From Alkanindiges sp. WGS2144 (GTDB lineage Bacteria > Pseudomonadota > Gammaproteobacteria > Pseudomonadales > Moraxellaceae): a stretch of 32,000 nucleotides of DNA. The notes under the pieces are model-generated. The model was not told the origin of the DNA. It ran no database searches and worked only from the letters and a program-made list of their open reading frames with translations. The position numbers and the translations under genes were made by a program. Location of the stretch: assembly GCF_043950625.1 (NCBI RefSeq), contig NZ_CP171007.1. The stretch is one strand, 5' to 3'. This document shows positions 10,192 to 20,939 of the stretch, piece after piece (within the stretch, counting starts at the first letter, position 1; each line of letters opens with the position of its first letter).

Positions 10192-10221
10192 CCTGCGATG
10201 TTTCACGTGGAACATCGCAGG
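10192..10221. repeat. 30-bp near-perfect palindrome / hairpin element (core ATGTTTCACGTGGAACAT)
   Basis: CCTGCGATGTTTCACGTGGAACATCGCAGG equals its own reverse complement except for the pair 10203/10210 (T/G, which is U-G in the + strand RNA). It lies between the convergent stops of yheS (10156) and the cinA-like gene (10249). Confidence 0.8.
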
Positions 10222-10248
10222 CAAAGATCATATAGCTTCGTTGACTGG

Positions 10249-10746
10249 CTATTGAAGCTGTGTGTCAGCCTGCTTGAGGTATTGTATAACCAGCTGAGCG
10301 ATCCGGTCTATCGCTTGCAAGATAATCTCTTCAGCAGCGCCTTTAAACACTTCACGATGCGTATAAGATTGGCCATGAATAATAAAATGGAAAAACATGG
10401 TGCCAACTGGTTTTTGTGGTGTTTCACTACCACCGGGTTTAGCCAGCCCAGTCACCCCAACAACAATATCGGCATCAAAATACTTCTTTAAACCACTGGT
10501 AATTGCTTTGGTGACTTCAGCAGATTCGGCAGTAAACTGGTCTATCAGGGCTTCAGGTACATTTAACAGGTTTTGCTTGATGCAGGCGTCATAACAAACC
10601 AGACCTCCCAGCAAACAATCGCCTGCATTTTCAGCCAGGGAAAATTCAGCTGCTAGCCGTCCAGCAGTAGCGCTTTCTGCAAAGGCTATTTTTAAATTTT
10701 TATCAATCAGTAGTTGAGCGCACTGCACTACTATTTTGGAAGTCAT
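10249..10746 (-). CDS. CinA-family protein (PncC-like nicotinamide-nucleotide amidohydrolase domain)
   Basis: 165-aa ORF. The sequence KIAFAESATAGRLAAEF ... VGVTGLAKPGG is characteristic of the stand-alone CinA C-terminal domain. Confidence 0.8.
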   Translation of the reverse strand: MTSKIVVQCAQLLIDKNLKIAFAESATAGRLAAEFSLAENAGDCLLGGLVCYDACIKQNLLNVPEALIDQFTAESAEVTKAITSGLKKYFDADIVVGVTGLAKPGGSETPQKPVGTMFFHFIIHGQSYTHREVFKGAAEEIILQAIDRIAQLVIQYLKQADTQLQ

Positions 10747-10927
10747 ATGATATCTCTGCCTGCTTTTTGCCTAACTTAGCATGCACAAAAACGTACTGGG
10801 TTAACTTTTGATAGGTTTTTATTGTTACCCTTTATCTAAAGGCGATTCCAGATGCGTAAATGATAAAACTGTTTGGCATTAACACGAAAAATAGGTGGAT
10901 TACATCCATTATAGTAATTAACCTGCC

Positions 10928-10973
10928 CAGTAAAATTAAATAAGTTGGAGCTGACTTTTATTTAATTTTACTG
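10928..10973 (-). terminator. Long A/T-rich hairpin downstream of the SDR gene (possible terminator)
   Basis: CAGTAAAATTAAATAA (10928-10943) pairs perfectly with TTATTTAATTTTACTG (10958-10973) across a 14-nt loop. It starts 14 nt after the SDR stop on the minus strand. No clear U-tract follows it. Confidence 0.35.
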
Positions 10974-10986
10974 TGGTTAACAGTGA

Positions 10987-11760
10987 CTAGCCCAGTTTAT
11001 TGACCAGCCGTAACGGCAAATGACGCATTAAAAAGCCCAGTGGCCTCCACGGCCAGTCCGGTACATAGGCTTTAATAGGCTGCTTTTCAATAGCTTTAAC
11101 CAGCGCCTTACTGCCAATGTCTTCACTCACCTCAAACGGTAATTTCTTGGCACCTTCATTCAGCTCGGTGCGAATATAACCGGGAAAAATGGTAGATGTT
11201 TTAATCGGCGTGTCGATCAGCTCGGCGCGGATACCTTCAGTTAAATGTGCCAGTGCCGCCTTACTGGCCGCATAGGTGGATAAATGTCTGGGTAAACCGC
11301 GCATGGCAGACATGGATGACATGGTCACCAGATGGCCGTAGTTTTGTTTACGCAGGATTTCAACGGCTGCCTCACACTGTGCCAGCGCAGCAGTAAAATT
11401 GGTTTCGGCAGTTTTGCGGTTAATCTCAAAATGCCCTTTACCGATACGGCGCCCCTCACCCACTCCGGCATTGATAATGATGCGGTCAAGCCGGCCAAAA
11501 TGACTAGCAAACTCATGAAATACCGTAAACACCTGTTGGTAATTATTGACATCAAGGCTTTGAATTGCTACTTCAATGTCGTACTTTGACTCAAGTGCTG
11601 CTTTGAGCTGCTCTAGTCGTTCCAGCCTGCGTGCGCACAAGGCCATGTTATAACCCAGTGCTGCAAACTCACGTGCCATGCCAGCGCCCAGTCCTGAGCT
11701 GGCTCCGGTAATTAAAATAACTTTTCCATTTCCTTTTAACGCACGATTGCTGTTTGCCAT
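10987..11760 (-). CDS. Short-chain dehydrogenase/reductase (SDR) family oxidoreductase
   Basis: 257 aa. The cofactor motif is TGASSGLG and the catalytic motif is YAASKAAL (YxxxK) with an upstream Ser. It is the last gene of the ACAD-kinase-phosphatase cluster, 64 nt from the preceding gene. Confidence 0.9.
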   Translation of the reverse strand: MANSNRALKGNGKVILITGASSGLGAGMAREFAALGYNMALCARRLERLEQLKAALESKYDIEVAIQSLDVNNYQQVFTVFHEFASHFGRLDRIIINAGVGEGRRIGKGHFEINRKTAETNFTAALAQCEAAVEILRKQNYGHLVTMSSMSAMRGLPRHLSTYAASKAALAHLTEGIRAELIDTPIKTSTIFPGYIRTELNEGAKKLPFEVSEDIGSKALVKAIEKQPIKAYVPDWPWRPLGFLMRHLPLRLVNKLG

Positions 11761-11824
11761 GATTGTTCTTCCATTGGTTTGTGCATGATGTTAGGGGTGC
11801 AACAAAGTTTCTATTTAGCTTGCC

Positions 11825-12517
11825 TTAATGCCAGGTGAGCAGATCACTGTGTTGACCATAAAAATGCTGCTGCTCATTAATGCTAAGTACCGTGTGTTTG
11901 CCATTTTCACTACGGATACGCGTCACTCCACAATTAATCAATGCCCAGTTCAATTCAAAGGTGGCGCGATTATCCAGACCCAGCAGATTTTGTACCATCA
12001 CTGAAATAACACCGCCTGAGCTAAATACCACGCTATGTTTAGTTGTACTTTGCGCCACAATATCGTTGAGTGCGGTCACACAACGCACCTGAAACTGTTG
12101 CCAGGTTTCGCTGTAATCGCAGTCATATTCTCCACACTGCCAGCGCTGCATGGCCTCACCAAACAGTTTGCCCAGGGTTTTTTTGGGATGATCAGTAGCT
12201 GCAATTGCTTGTATCAGTGCTTCTTTGGTTGGATAGCGGGCAGTGTCCAGATTCATTAATACCTGTTCATGGTCAAACTCATTTAACCCCTGATGCACGG
12301 CGGGATTGAGTATCAGACCAGCTGCATTTAAACAATGATCAGCCGTTTGCTGGTGACGAGCCATTTCACCCATCCAGGCCTGGTCAAAGGTTTGCTGCTG
12401 CCCAGCAAATAGTTCCCCTAAAAACCGGGCCTGCTCATAACCCCTGGGTGATAACTGATCATAATTGGTTGCACCAAAGGAGGCCTGCCCATGCCGGATC
12501 AAGGTAATCAATGTCAT
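11825..12517 (-). CDS. Histidine phosphatase family protein (phosphoglycerate-mutase-like)
   Basis: 230 aa with the N-terminal RHG motif (LIRHGQASFG). Its ATG overlaps the kinase stop in an ATGA arrangement, implying translational coupling. Confidence 0.85.
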   Translation of the reverse strand: MTLITLIRHGQASFGATNYDQLSPRGYEQARFLGELFAGQQQTFDQAWMGEMARHQQTADHCLNAAGLILNPAVHQGLNEFDHEQVLMNLDTARYPTKEALIQAIAATDHPKKTLGKLFGEAMQRWQCGEYDCDYSETWQQFQVRCVTALNDIVAQSTTKHSVVFSSGGVISVMVQNLLGLDNRATFELNWALINCGVTRIRSENGKHTVLSINEQQHFYGQHSDLLTWH

Positions 12518-13623
12518 GTCTTGCTGTTATTCCTCTTGGGTGATTTGGTCTTAAACGGTGAAATGGTGTGTTGAGCCATCAGTTTCAGGCAGCGTATATG
12601 TAGCGCATGCACAATCAGCCAAAAGTTTTTAAAGGTCGGGTTGCGGGTTTGCCTGTGGTAGTAACGGTAATAAATCTGCTGGGCAATAACGGCTAGACGA
12701 AACAGGCCAAACACTTCATAAAAAGCCCAGTTGTCGGTTTGCATGCCGGTTTTTTCCAGATAATACTGTACCACCTGCTCACGGCTAAACATACCGGGCA
12801 AATGGGTAGGCTGGCGCCGCATAGCACGCAAAATCATGTTGTCATCAGGCTGCACCCAGTAGGCGAGCGCACTGCCAAGATCCATTAAAGGATCACCCAG
12901 AGTCGCCATTTCCCAGTCCAGCACGCCGATCACCCGGGTCGGTTCAGCCGGATCCAGAATGACATTATCAAAGCGCCAGTCGTTGTGAATCACGCAGATT
13001 TTGCTATCCGCTGGAATATTGTTTTTTAGCCAGCGCCGTACCAGCTTAAAACCGGGTACGTTCAGCGTGCGGGCTTTTTCATAACGCTTATCCCAGCCAT
13101 CGACTTGCCGCTGGCAATAGCCTTCACCTTTAGCTAGCGTTTCAAGCGCGGTGCCATGATAATCTACCTGATGCAAATCAATCAGGGCATCCAGCACATT
13201 AGTACACAGTTGCTTGACCTGCTGCTTATCCAGATTAATTTCCCTGGGTAAATTGGCACGCGGAATAATGCCCTCAATACGCTGCATAAGGTAAAAATCA
13301 CACCCCAGAACCGATTCATCGGTACAGAGTGCCACCATATCCGGCACCAGTGGATAAGCAGGCTTCAGGGCTTTTTGCACGGTGTATTCGCGCACCATAT
13401 CATGGGCAGACTTGGCCTTGGTGCCTGCCGGTGGACGGCGCAGGATTAAATCCTGATTGCCATATTCAATCCGGTACGTCCAGTTGGATGCCCCACCCGA
13501 ATACTGGGTCACCCGGGCGTCGCCCTGCAAATCTAGCCCTTGCGATTTTAGCCATTGCTCCACTGCGGTAATGTCCAGCTCCTCACCGCTACGGACACTA
13601 CCACCCATATCAATCACTGACAT
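12514..13623 (-). CDS. Phosphotransferase (APH/ChoK-fold kinase), ACAD10/11-kinase-like
   Basis: 369 aa. It has the catalytic loop HNDWRFDNVIL and the DWE metal-binding motif (VLDWEMATLGDP). The N-terminal YSGGASNWTYRI...LILRRPP segment resembles the kinase domains found fused or adjacent to acyl-CoA dehydrogenases. It starts 11 nt after the ACAD stop. Confidence 0.88.
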   Translation of the reverse strand: MSVIDMGGSVRSGEELDITAVEQWLKSQGLDLQGDARVTQYSGGASNWTYRIEYGNQDLILRRPPAGTKAKSAHDMVREYTVQKALKPAYPLVPDMVALCTDESVLGCDFYLMQRIEGIIPRANLPREINLDKQQVKQLCTNVLDALIDLHQVDYHGTALETLAKGEGYCQRQVDGWDKRYEKARTLNVPGFKLVRRWLKNNIPADSKICVIHNDWRFDNVILDPAEPTRVIGVLDWEMATLGDPLMDLGSALAYWVQPDDNMILRAMRRQPTHLPGMFSREQVVQYYLEKTGMQTDNWAFYEVFGLFRLAVIAQQIYYRYYHRQTRNPTFKNFWLIVHALHIRCLKLMAQHTISPFKTKSPKRNNSKT

Positions 13624-13634
13624 ATTATTTTTCC

Positions 13635-14876
13635 TTATTTTGACCGCTTGGAATAACCACGCTTGGCCAGCTCAATACGTGCAATCACGCCTTTATGCAC
13701 TTCATCTGGCCCATCGGCCAAACGTAAGCTACGCGCCTGCGCAAAGAATCCGGTCAGTGGTGTATCACGCGACATCCCTGCTCCGCCATGAATTTGCATG
13801 GCCATATCCACCACTTCTTCCAGCACATTGGGCGCGACCACTTTAATGGCAGAAATCTCGGTCATGGCGGCCATATTGCCAAAATGATCCATTTTCCAGG
13901 CGGTGTACAGGGTTAATAAGCGTGCCTGATCAATGGCAATACGGGCTTGAGCCACTTTTTCACGGTTACCGCCCAGGTTTAAGATCGGCTTGCCAAATGC
14001 CACCCGGCTCATGCCCCGGTCAATCATCAGTTCCAGCGATTTTTCTGCCGCGCCAATGCAGCGCATGCAATGATGAATACGCCCCGGCCCCAAACGCCCC
14101 TGCGCAATGGCAAAACCCTCACCCGGTCCACCAATAAAGTTAGCCACTGGCACACGCACATTGTCAAAGCTCACCTCACCATGGCCATGTGGCGCATCAT
14201 AGTCACCAAACACGGGTAACATGCGCTCAATCCTGACTCCGGGCATATTGATAGGCACCAGAACCATGGAATGCTGGTGATGGCGGTCTTTACTGTCATC
14301 CGGGGTATGTGCCATAAAAATAATAATTTTGGCATTGGGATCGCCAAGACCAGATGACCACCACTTGCGTCCATTCAGCACAATCTCATCGCCTTCCACT
14401 ACTGCGGTGGCCTGCATGTTGGTAGCATCACTGGAGGCTACCGCAGGTTCGGTCATGCAGAACACCGAACGGATTTCACCAGCCAATAAGGGAGTTAGCC
14501 ATTGCTGTTTTTGCTGCTCAGAGCCATAACGCCACAGCACTTCCATGTTGCCGGTATCAGGTGCATTGCAGTTGAACACAGTGGGCGCAATCAGGCTACG
14601 CCCGGTTTGCTCGGCAATATGTGCATATTCCTGAATGCTTAAACCCGCACCCAGTTGTTCATCGGGTAAGAACATGTTCCATAGGCCGGCAGCTTTGGCC
14701 TTGGCTTTTAATTCTTCCAGCACACTGGGCCACTGCCAGGTCGTCCAGTCACCGCCAACATTGGTTTGATGCACTTCCTGCCAGAACTGTGCTTCAATCG
14801 GCTCAATGTGCTGCTGAATAAACTGCCTGGTTTTGTCCAGATATTGCTGTCCGCGCTGGCTGAGTTCAAAGTTCAT
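13635..14876 (-). CDS. Acyl-CoA dehydrogenase family protein
   Basis: 413 aa with typical ACAD features (CMTEPAVASSDATN, WWSSG, IHGGAGMS, and GPDEVH near the C-terminus). It is the first gene of the cluster and is divergent from a LysR regulator. Confidence 0.92.
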   Translation of the reverse strand: MNFELSQRGQQYLDKTRQFIQQHIEPIEAQFWQEVHQTNVGGDWTTWQWPSVLEELKAKAKAAGLWNMFLPDEQLGAGLSIQEYAHIAEQTGRSLIAPTVFNCNAPDTGNMEVLWRYGSEQQKQQWLTPLLAGEIRSVFCMTEPAVASSDATNMQATAVVEGDEIVLNGRKWWSSGLGDPNAKIIIFMAHTPDDSKDRHHQHSMVLVPINMPGVRIERMLPVFGDYDAPHGHGEVSFDNVRVPVANFIGGPGEGFAIAQGRLGPGRIHHCMRCIGAAEKSLELMIDRGMSRVAFGKPILNLGGNREKVAQARIAIDQARLLTLYTAWKMDHFGNMAAMTEISAIKVVAPNVLEEVVDMAMQIHGGAGMSRDTPLTGFFAQARSLRLADGPDEVHKGVIARIELAKRGYSKRSK

Positions 14877-14945
14877 GTGGCTTATCCTGTTTTGCGTGGC
14901 AATGCTGCTTTTGATCTAATGCTTCTGATCTTTTGGCTTTGATCG

Positions 14946-14966
14946 ACTGGTTTTAATCTAACCGGT
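14946..14966. promoter_or_regulatory. Candidate LysR-type operator (imperfect dyad) in the divergent promoter region
   Basis: ACTGGTT-ttaatct-AACCGGT is a dyad with one mismatch, lying in the 130-bp gap between the ACAD gene and the LysR gene. It is preceded by three direct repeats of GCTT(T/C)TGATC-like sequence at 14907, 14921 and 14936. Confidence 0.25.
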
Positions 14967-15006
14967 TTTATACAATGAATAAAATGAATTATTTTAATGC
15001 CAATAT

Positions 15007-15921
15007 ATGCATAAAACACATGATTCCAGATTAATCAGCCGTATGGATTTAAACCTGTTCCGGGTGTTTGCAGCCATCTATCGTGAGGCTAATCTAACCC
15101 GTGCAGCAGAACAGTTGTTTTTAAGTCAATCAGCGGTGAGTCATGCACTGGCCAGAATGCGCGAACAATTGAACGACCCGTTGTTTGTACGTGAAGGTCA
15201 GGGGGTTTGCCCTACACCACTAGCACAGCGCTTATGGCCGGATATTGAACATGCACTGAGTTTATTACAGCAAGCCATGCAACGCGCTAGCACGTTTGAG
15301 CCCAACCGGGATTTAAGGCAGCTTACCCTTGCCATGAATGATGAAATTGAACCAGTATTGCTGCCCAAAATCATGCACTGGCTCATGCAGCACGCGCCTG
15401 GAGCACAAATTAACAGTGTGCGTATTCACCGGCAAACCTTACGGTCTGACTTAAATGCTGGCCGTATTGACCTGGCGATTGATATTGCCCACCCCAGTGA
15501 AGCAGGCATTGAACACCAGTTATTATTAAAAGATGAATTTGTGCTGGTCAGTCAGCAGCAAAAAGAAATATCACCACTTAGAGCAAATGATTATATAACT
15601 GCCCAGCATATTGTAGTGTCTGCACGGCCTAAGGGACGTGCTGTTGAAGATTTTTCCTTGAGTCGTCAGGGTATTGAACGCCAGATTAAAGTACGCTGCC
15701 AGCAATATGAAACTGCTTGTCGCATTGTGCTACAGAGTGATTTACTGCTGACCATGCCAAAAAACCTGGCCTACCAGATTAATGCTCACCTTAATACCCG
15801 GATTAGTCCGCTTCCAATTAATATTGAAGGCATTGAGCTGCATCTATACTGGCATAAGGATAAAGCCAGCGATCCACAATTAGAGTGGTGCAGGCAGCAA
15901 TTACTGGCTCTGTTTCAGTGA
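15007..15921 (+). CDS. LysR family transcriptional regulator
   Basis: 304 aa with an N-terminal wHTH (LTRAAEQLFLSQSAVSHALARMRE). The start may instead be ATG 15043 (MDLNLFRVF..., the usual LTTR N-terminus). It is divergent from the ACAD cluster. Confidence 0.9.
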   Translation: MHKTHDSRLISRMDLNLFRVFAAIYREANLTRAAEQLFLSQSAVSHALARMREQLNDPLFVREGQGVCPTPLAQRLWPDIEHALSLLQQAMQRASTFEPNRDLRQLTLAMNDEIEPVLLPKIMHWLMQHAPGAQINSVRIHRQTLRSDLNAGRIDLAIDIAHPSEAGIEHQLLLKDEFVLVSQQQKEISPLRANDYITAQHIVVSARPKGRAVEDFSLSRQGIERQIKVRCQQYETACRIVLQSDLLLTMPKNLAYQINAHLNTRISPLPINIEGIELHLYWHKDKASDPQLEWCRQQLLALFQ

Positions 15922-15992
15922 TCCGATAAATTTATCACTGCAAACAGCAAAAAGCCGCAACTCATGTACGGCATTTTGGCAAGAATTAAGAC

Positions 15993-18515
<2,523 letters not shown>

Positions 18516-18540
18516 TTAATAATTGGGGCTGGATTAATGA

Positions 18541-19635
18541 TTAAAAAAACTGGGCTTGTAGCTGACCATTGCTGACTTCAAACACCGTAGTACGGGAAAA
18601 GTCCAGGCTGGCCTGCATGTCCTGTACTGCTCTGCCATGCAAAATAGTCATAAAAACCTGACTGTTCAGGTTAGCCAGAATGGACAATAAACGTCCTTGT
18701 GCGCTGTCATCCAGCTCGGCACTAAAATCATCCAATAATACCACAGTTTCCTTGCTTAAGTCTTGCAACATATGTATTTGCGATAACTTTAACGCCACCA
18801 TCAGCAGTTTTTTCTGCCCACGCGACAACACTTCATCAGCCAGCCCCAGTGCAGTTTTTAAGCGTAAATCAGCACGGTGTGGGCCATGCTGGGTGGTGGT
18901 ACGTTCCATGTCACGCTGACGGTGCTGATCAAGGCTTGCCAGCAAGCCTGACTGGGGATCAAAACCCGATAAATAGCTCAAGCTGACTTCTATATCTGGC
19001 AATAATATTTGTCGGTATTGCTCAAACAAAGGCAACCATTGCTGCATGACCTTTTCTCGCAAGCCATGAATCAATTCACCATATTCGGCTAGCCCATGCT
19101 CCCAGCTTTGCATGCTTTGTAACCACATTCTCTGGTCAGTGCCAGGTTGTTTAAGCAAATTATTGCGCTGTTTGAGCGCCCGCTGGTAACGCAGCCATAA
19201 GCCATGAAACTCAGGTTCCACGTGGAACATCAACCAGTCCAGTAGCTGGCGACGTGGCTTTGAACCCGTATCCAGCAGGCTGACAGTGTCTGGGTCAATC
19301 AGCTGCACCGGCAATAGCCGAGCCAGCTCACTTTGGGTAGCGACGGTATCGCCATTTAAGCGAATAATTTGTTCACCCGAAGAAAATTTTTGCAGCCCTA
19401 AGCGATAATAGCCCGACTCGGCATATATCAGACCATCCAGTTCACCCTGCTGGATATACTGCTTAACCAGATTGGTACGAAAAGACTTGCCTGTCGCTAA
19501 CAAATGAATAGCTTCAAGCAAGGAAGACTTGCCGCTGCCATTGTTTCCATAAAAAATATTAAAGGGTTGCAGCTGGTTTAGCTCAACCCTGTTTAAATTA
19601 CGAATACGCTCTATGCGTAAGCGCTTTAGGTGCAT
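18541..19635 (-). CDS. recF: DNA replication and repair protein RecF
   Basis: 364 aa with Walker A GNNGSGKSS, an ABC-like signature (SRGQKKLL) and Walker B (VVLLDD). It is in the conserved position between dnaN and gyrB. Confidence 0.95.
   Translation of the reverse strand: MHLKRLRIERIRNLNRVELNQLQPFNIFYGNNGSGKSSLLEAIHLLATGKSFRTNLVKQYIQQGELDGLIYAESGYYRLGLQKFSSGEQIIRLNGDTVATQSELARLLPVQLIDPDTVSLLDTGSKPRRQLLDWLMFHVEPEFHGLWLRYQRALKQRNNLLKQPGTDQRMWLQSMQSWEHGLAEYGELIHGLREKVMQQWLPLFEQYRQILLPDIEVSLSYLSGFDPQSGLLASLDQHRQRDMERTTTQHGPHRADLRLKTALGLADEVLSRGQKKLLMVALKLSQIHMLQDLSKETVVLLDDFSAELDDSAQGRLLSILANLNSQVFMTILHGRAVQDMQASLDFSRTTVFEVSNGQLQAQFF
19215..19231. repeat. Copy of the ATGTTCCACGTGGAACAT palindrome inside recF
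   Basis: GTTCCACGTGGAACATC; a 14-bp perfect palindrome at 19215-19228. The 17-mer is identical to gyrB 16577-16593. On the minus strand it also reads ATG TTC CAC GTG GAA = MFHVE. Confidence 0.8.
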
Positions 19636-19658
19636 GATCTTAAATGCATCAAGACAGC

Positions 19659-20813
19659 TTAAACACGCATCGGCATTACCACATACAAACTGCTGCTGAT
19701 TTGCGGATCCTGAATCAATGCCGAAGCATTGGCCTCTGACAAGGTAAGCTGCACCTGATCACCCGCTAATACTCCCATTACATCCAGCAGATACTGGGCA
19801 TTAAAGGACATCTCCAGCGTATCACCTTCATAGGAAATTGCCAGGTCTTCTACGGCTTCATCCTGCTCTGGGTTATTGGCTTTTAACTGCAACTCATTAT
19901 TTTTAAATGTTAAAAATACACCCCGCAGCTTTTCATTACTTAAAATGGCCACGCGCTGCAAGGACTGACGGAATAAATCATGATTAATCACCACAATTTT
20001 ATTACCATGTCTGGGGAGCACGCGACGATAATCCGGAAACTTGCCATCAATCAGCTTGGTAGTAAACCGCACCACAATATCGCTATCTTTTTCCTTGTCC
20101 TTGCCCGGCAGGTTAATACTGACATTCATGAGCTCACGGCCAACAATCAGGGTTAAGGGCTGCTCATCAATGGTTAGCAAGCGCTGTAACTCTCCCACGG
20201 CCTTGCGCGGTACAATCGCCTGTAGGGTATTTGCGCCTTCAAAAATTGCCGAGGTTTCAGATAGTGCCAAACGGTGGCCATCTGTAGTGACTGCACGCAG
20301 TTGTCCCTCGCCTACCTCGATTAAAGTACCCGTCAAATAAAACCGTACATCCTGTACCGCCATGGCAAAGGCGGTTTTATCCAGCAGCTTTTTGAGTTCA
20401 TTTTGCGCCACCTGAACAGACTCACCAGCCACCATGCCATTATTGGCCAGTAATGGGTAATCTTCTGCCGGTAAAGTGCCCAGTACAAAACGGCTGTTGC
20501 CGGATTTTAAGATACAGCGCTGGTCATCAGTCACCTGCAAATCAATCAGTGCGGCACTGGGCAAGGACTTACAAATATCGACCAGCTTGCGTGCAGGCAC
20601 CGTAGTTTCACCCGCTTGTACACAGGCGCCACTGGCAAGCAGTGTACTGGCAACCAACTCTACCTCAAGGTCAGAACCGGTCACGGTGAGCTGCTGCTCA
20701 GTCACCTGTAATTTGACATTGGATAAAATACTCAAGGTATGACGACGCTCTACCGCCCCAACCACGTGAGATAATACATTCAGCAGTAAGTCTTTACTGA
20801 TTTTCAGGCGCAC
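19659..20813 (-). CDS. dnaN: DNA polymerase III beta sliding clamp
   Basis: 384 aa with a GTG start preceded by AAGAGGA. It shows a typical beta-clamp sequence (MRLKISKDLLL ... VVMPMRV) and sits in the conserved dnaA-dnaN-recF order. Confidence 0.96.
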   Translation of the reverse strand: MRLKISKDLLLNVLSHVVGAVERRHTLSILSNVKLQVTEQQLTVTGSDLEVELVASTLLASGACVQAGETTVPARKLVDICKSLPSAALIDLQVTDDQRCILKSGNSRFVLGTLPAEDYPLLANNGMVAGESVQVAQNELKKLLDKTAFAMAVQDVRFYLTGTLIEVGEGQLRAVTTDGHRLALSETSAIFEGANTLQAIVPRKAVGELQRLLTIDEQPLTLIVGRELMNVSINLPGKDKEKDSDIVVRFTTKLIDGKFPDYRRVLPRHGNKIVVINHDLFRQSLQRVAILSNEKLRGVFLTFKNNELQLKANNPEQDEAVEDLAISYEGDTLEMSFNAQYLLDVMGVLAGDQVQLTLSEANASALIQDPQISSSLYVVMPMRV

Positions 20814-20939
20814 GCTGCTATCCTCTTTAAGGCAGTACTTTACAACACAACATTATGCTTGGTTTTAATGCTGGTTTGAGTCTAAAGCGAAAATGATTAC
20901 GACGGTAATCATATAAAAAAATATGGCTTATTGTGCCAG

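Noticed and set aside
10177-10491. 104-aa ORF starting MTGIIPAMFHVEHRR...
   Set aside because: It begins in the intergenic palindrome and then runs antisense through the cinA-like gene. The MFHVEH peptide is just the translation of the palindrome, so it is not a gene.
12514-13623. APH-fold kinase, considered as an aminoglycoside resistance gene
   Set aside because: It is translationally coupled within an acyl-CoA dehydrogenase operon, and its N-terminal region resembles ACAD-associated kinases. There is no mobile-element context. A metabolic kinase is far more likely.
14670-14679. GAACATGTTC palindrome inside the ACAD gene, considered as a fourth copy of the CACGTG motif family
   Set aside because: The half-sites are in the opposite arrangement (GAACAT|ATGTTC rather than ATGTTCCAC|GTGGAACAT) and the CACGTG core is absent. 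At 10 bp it is short enough to occur by chance.
15922-15992. Possible terminator AAAAGCCG-N11-CGGCATTTT between the LysR gene and gyrB
   Set aside because: The stem is only 4 bp, which is too weak to call.
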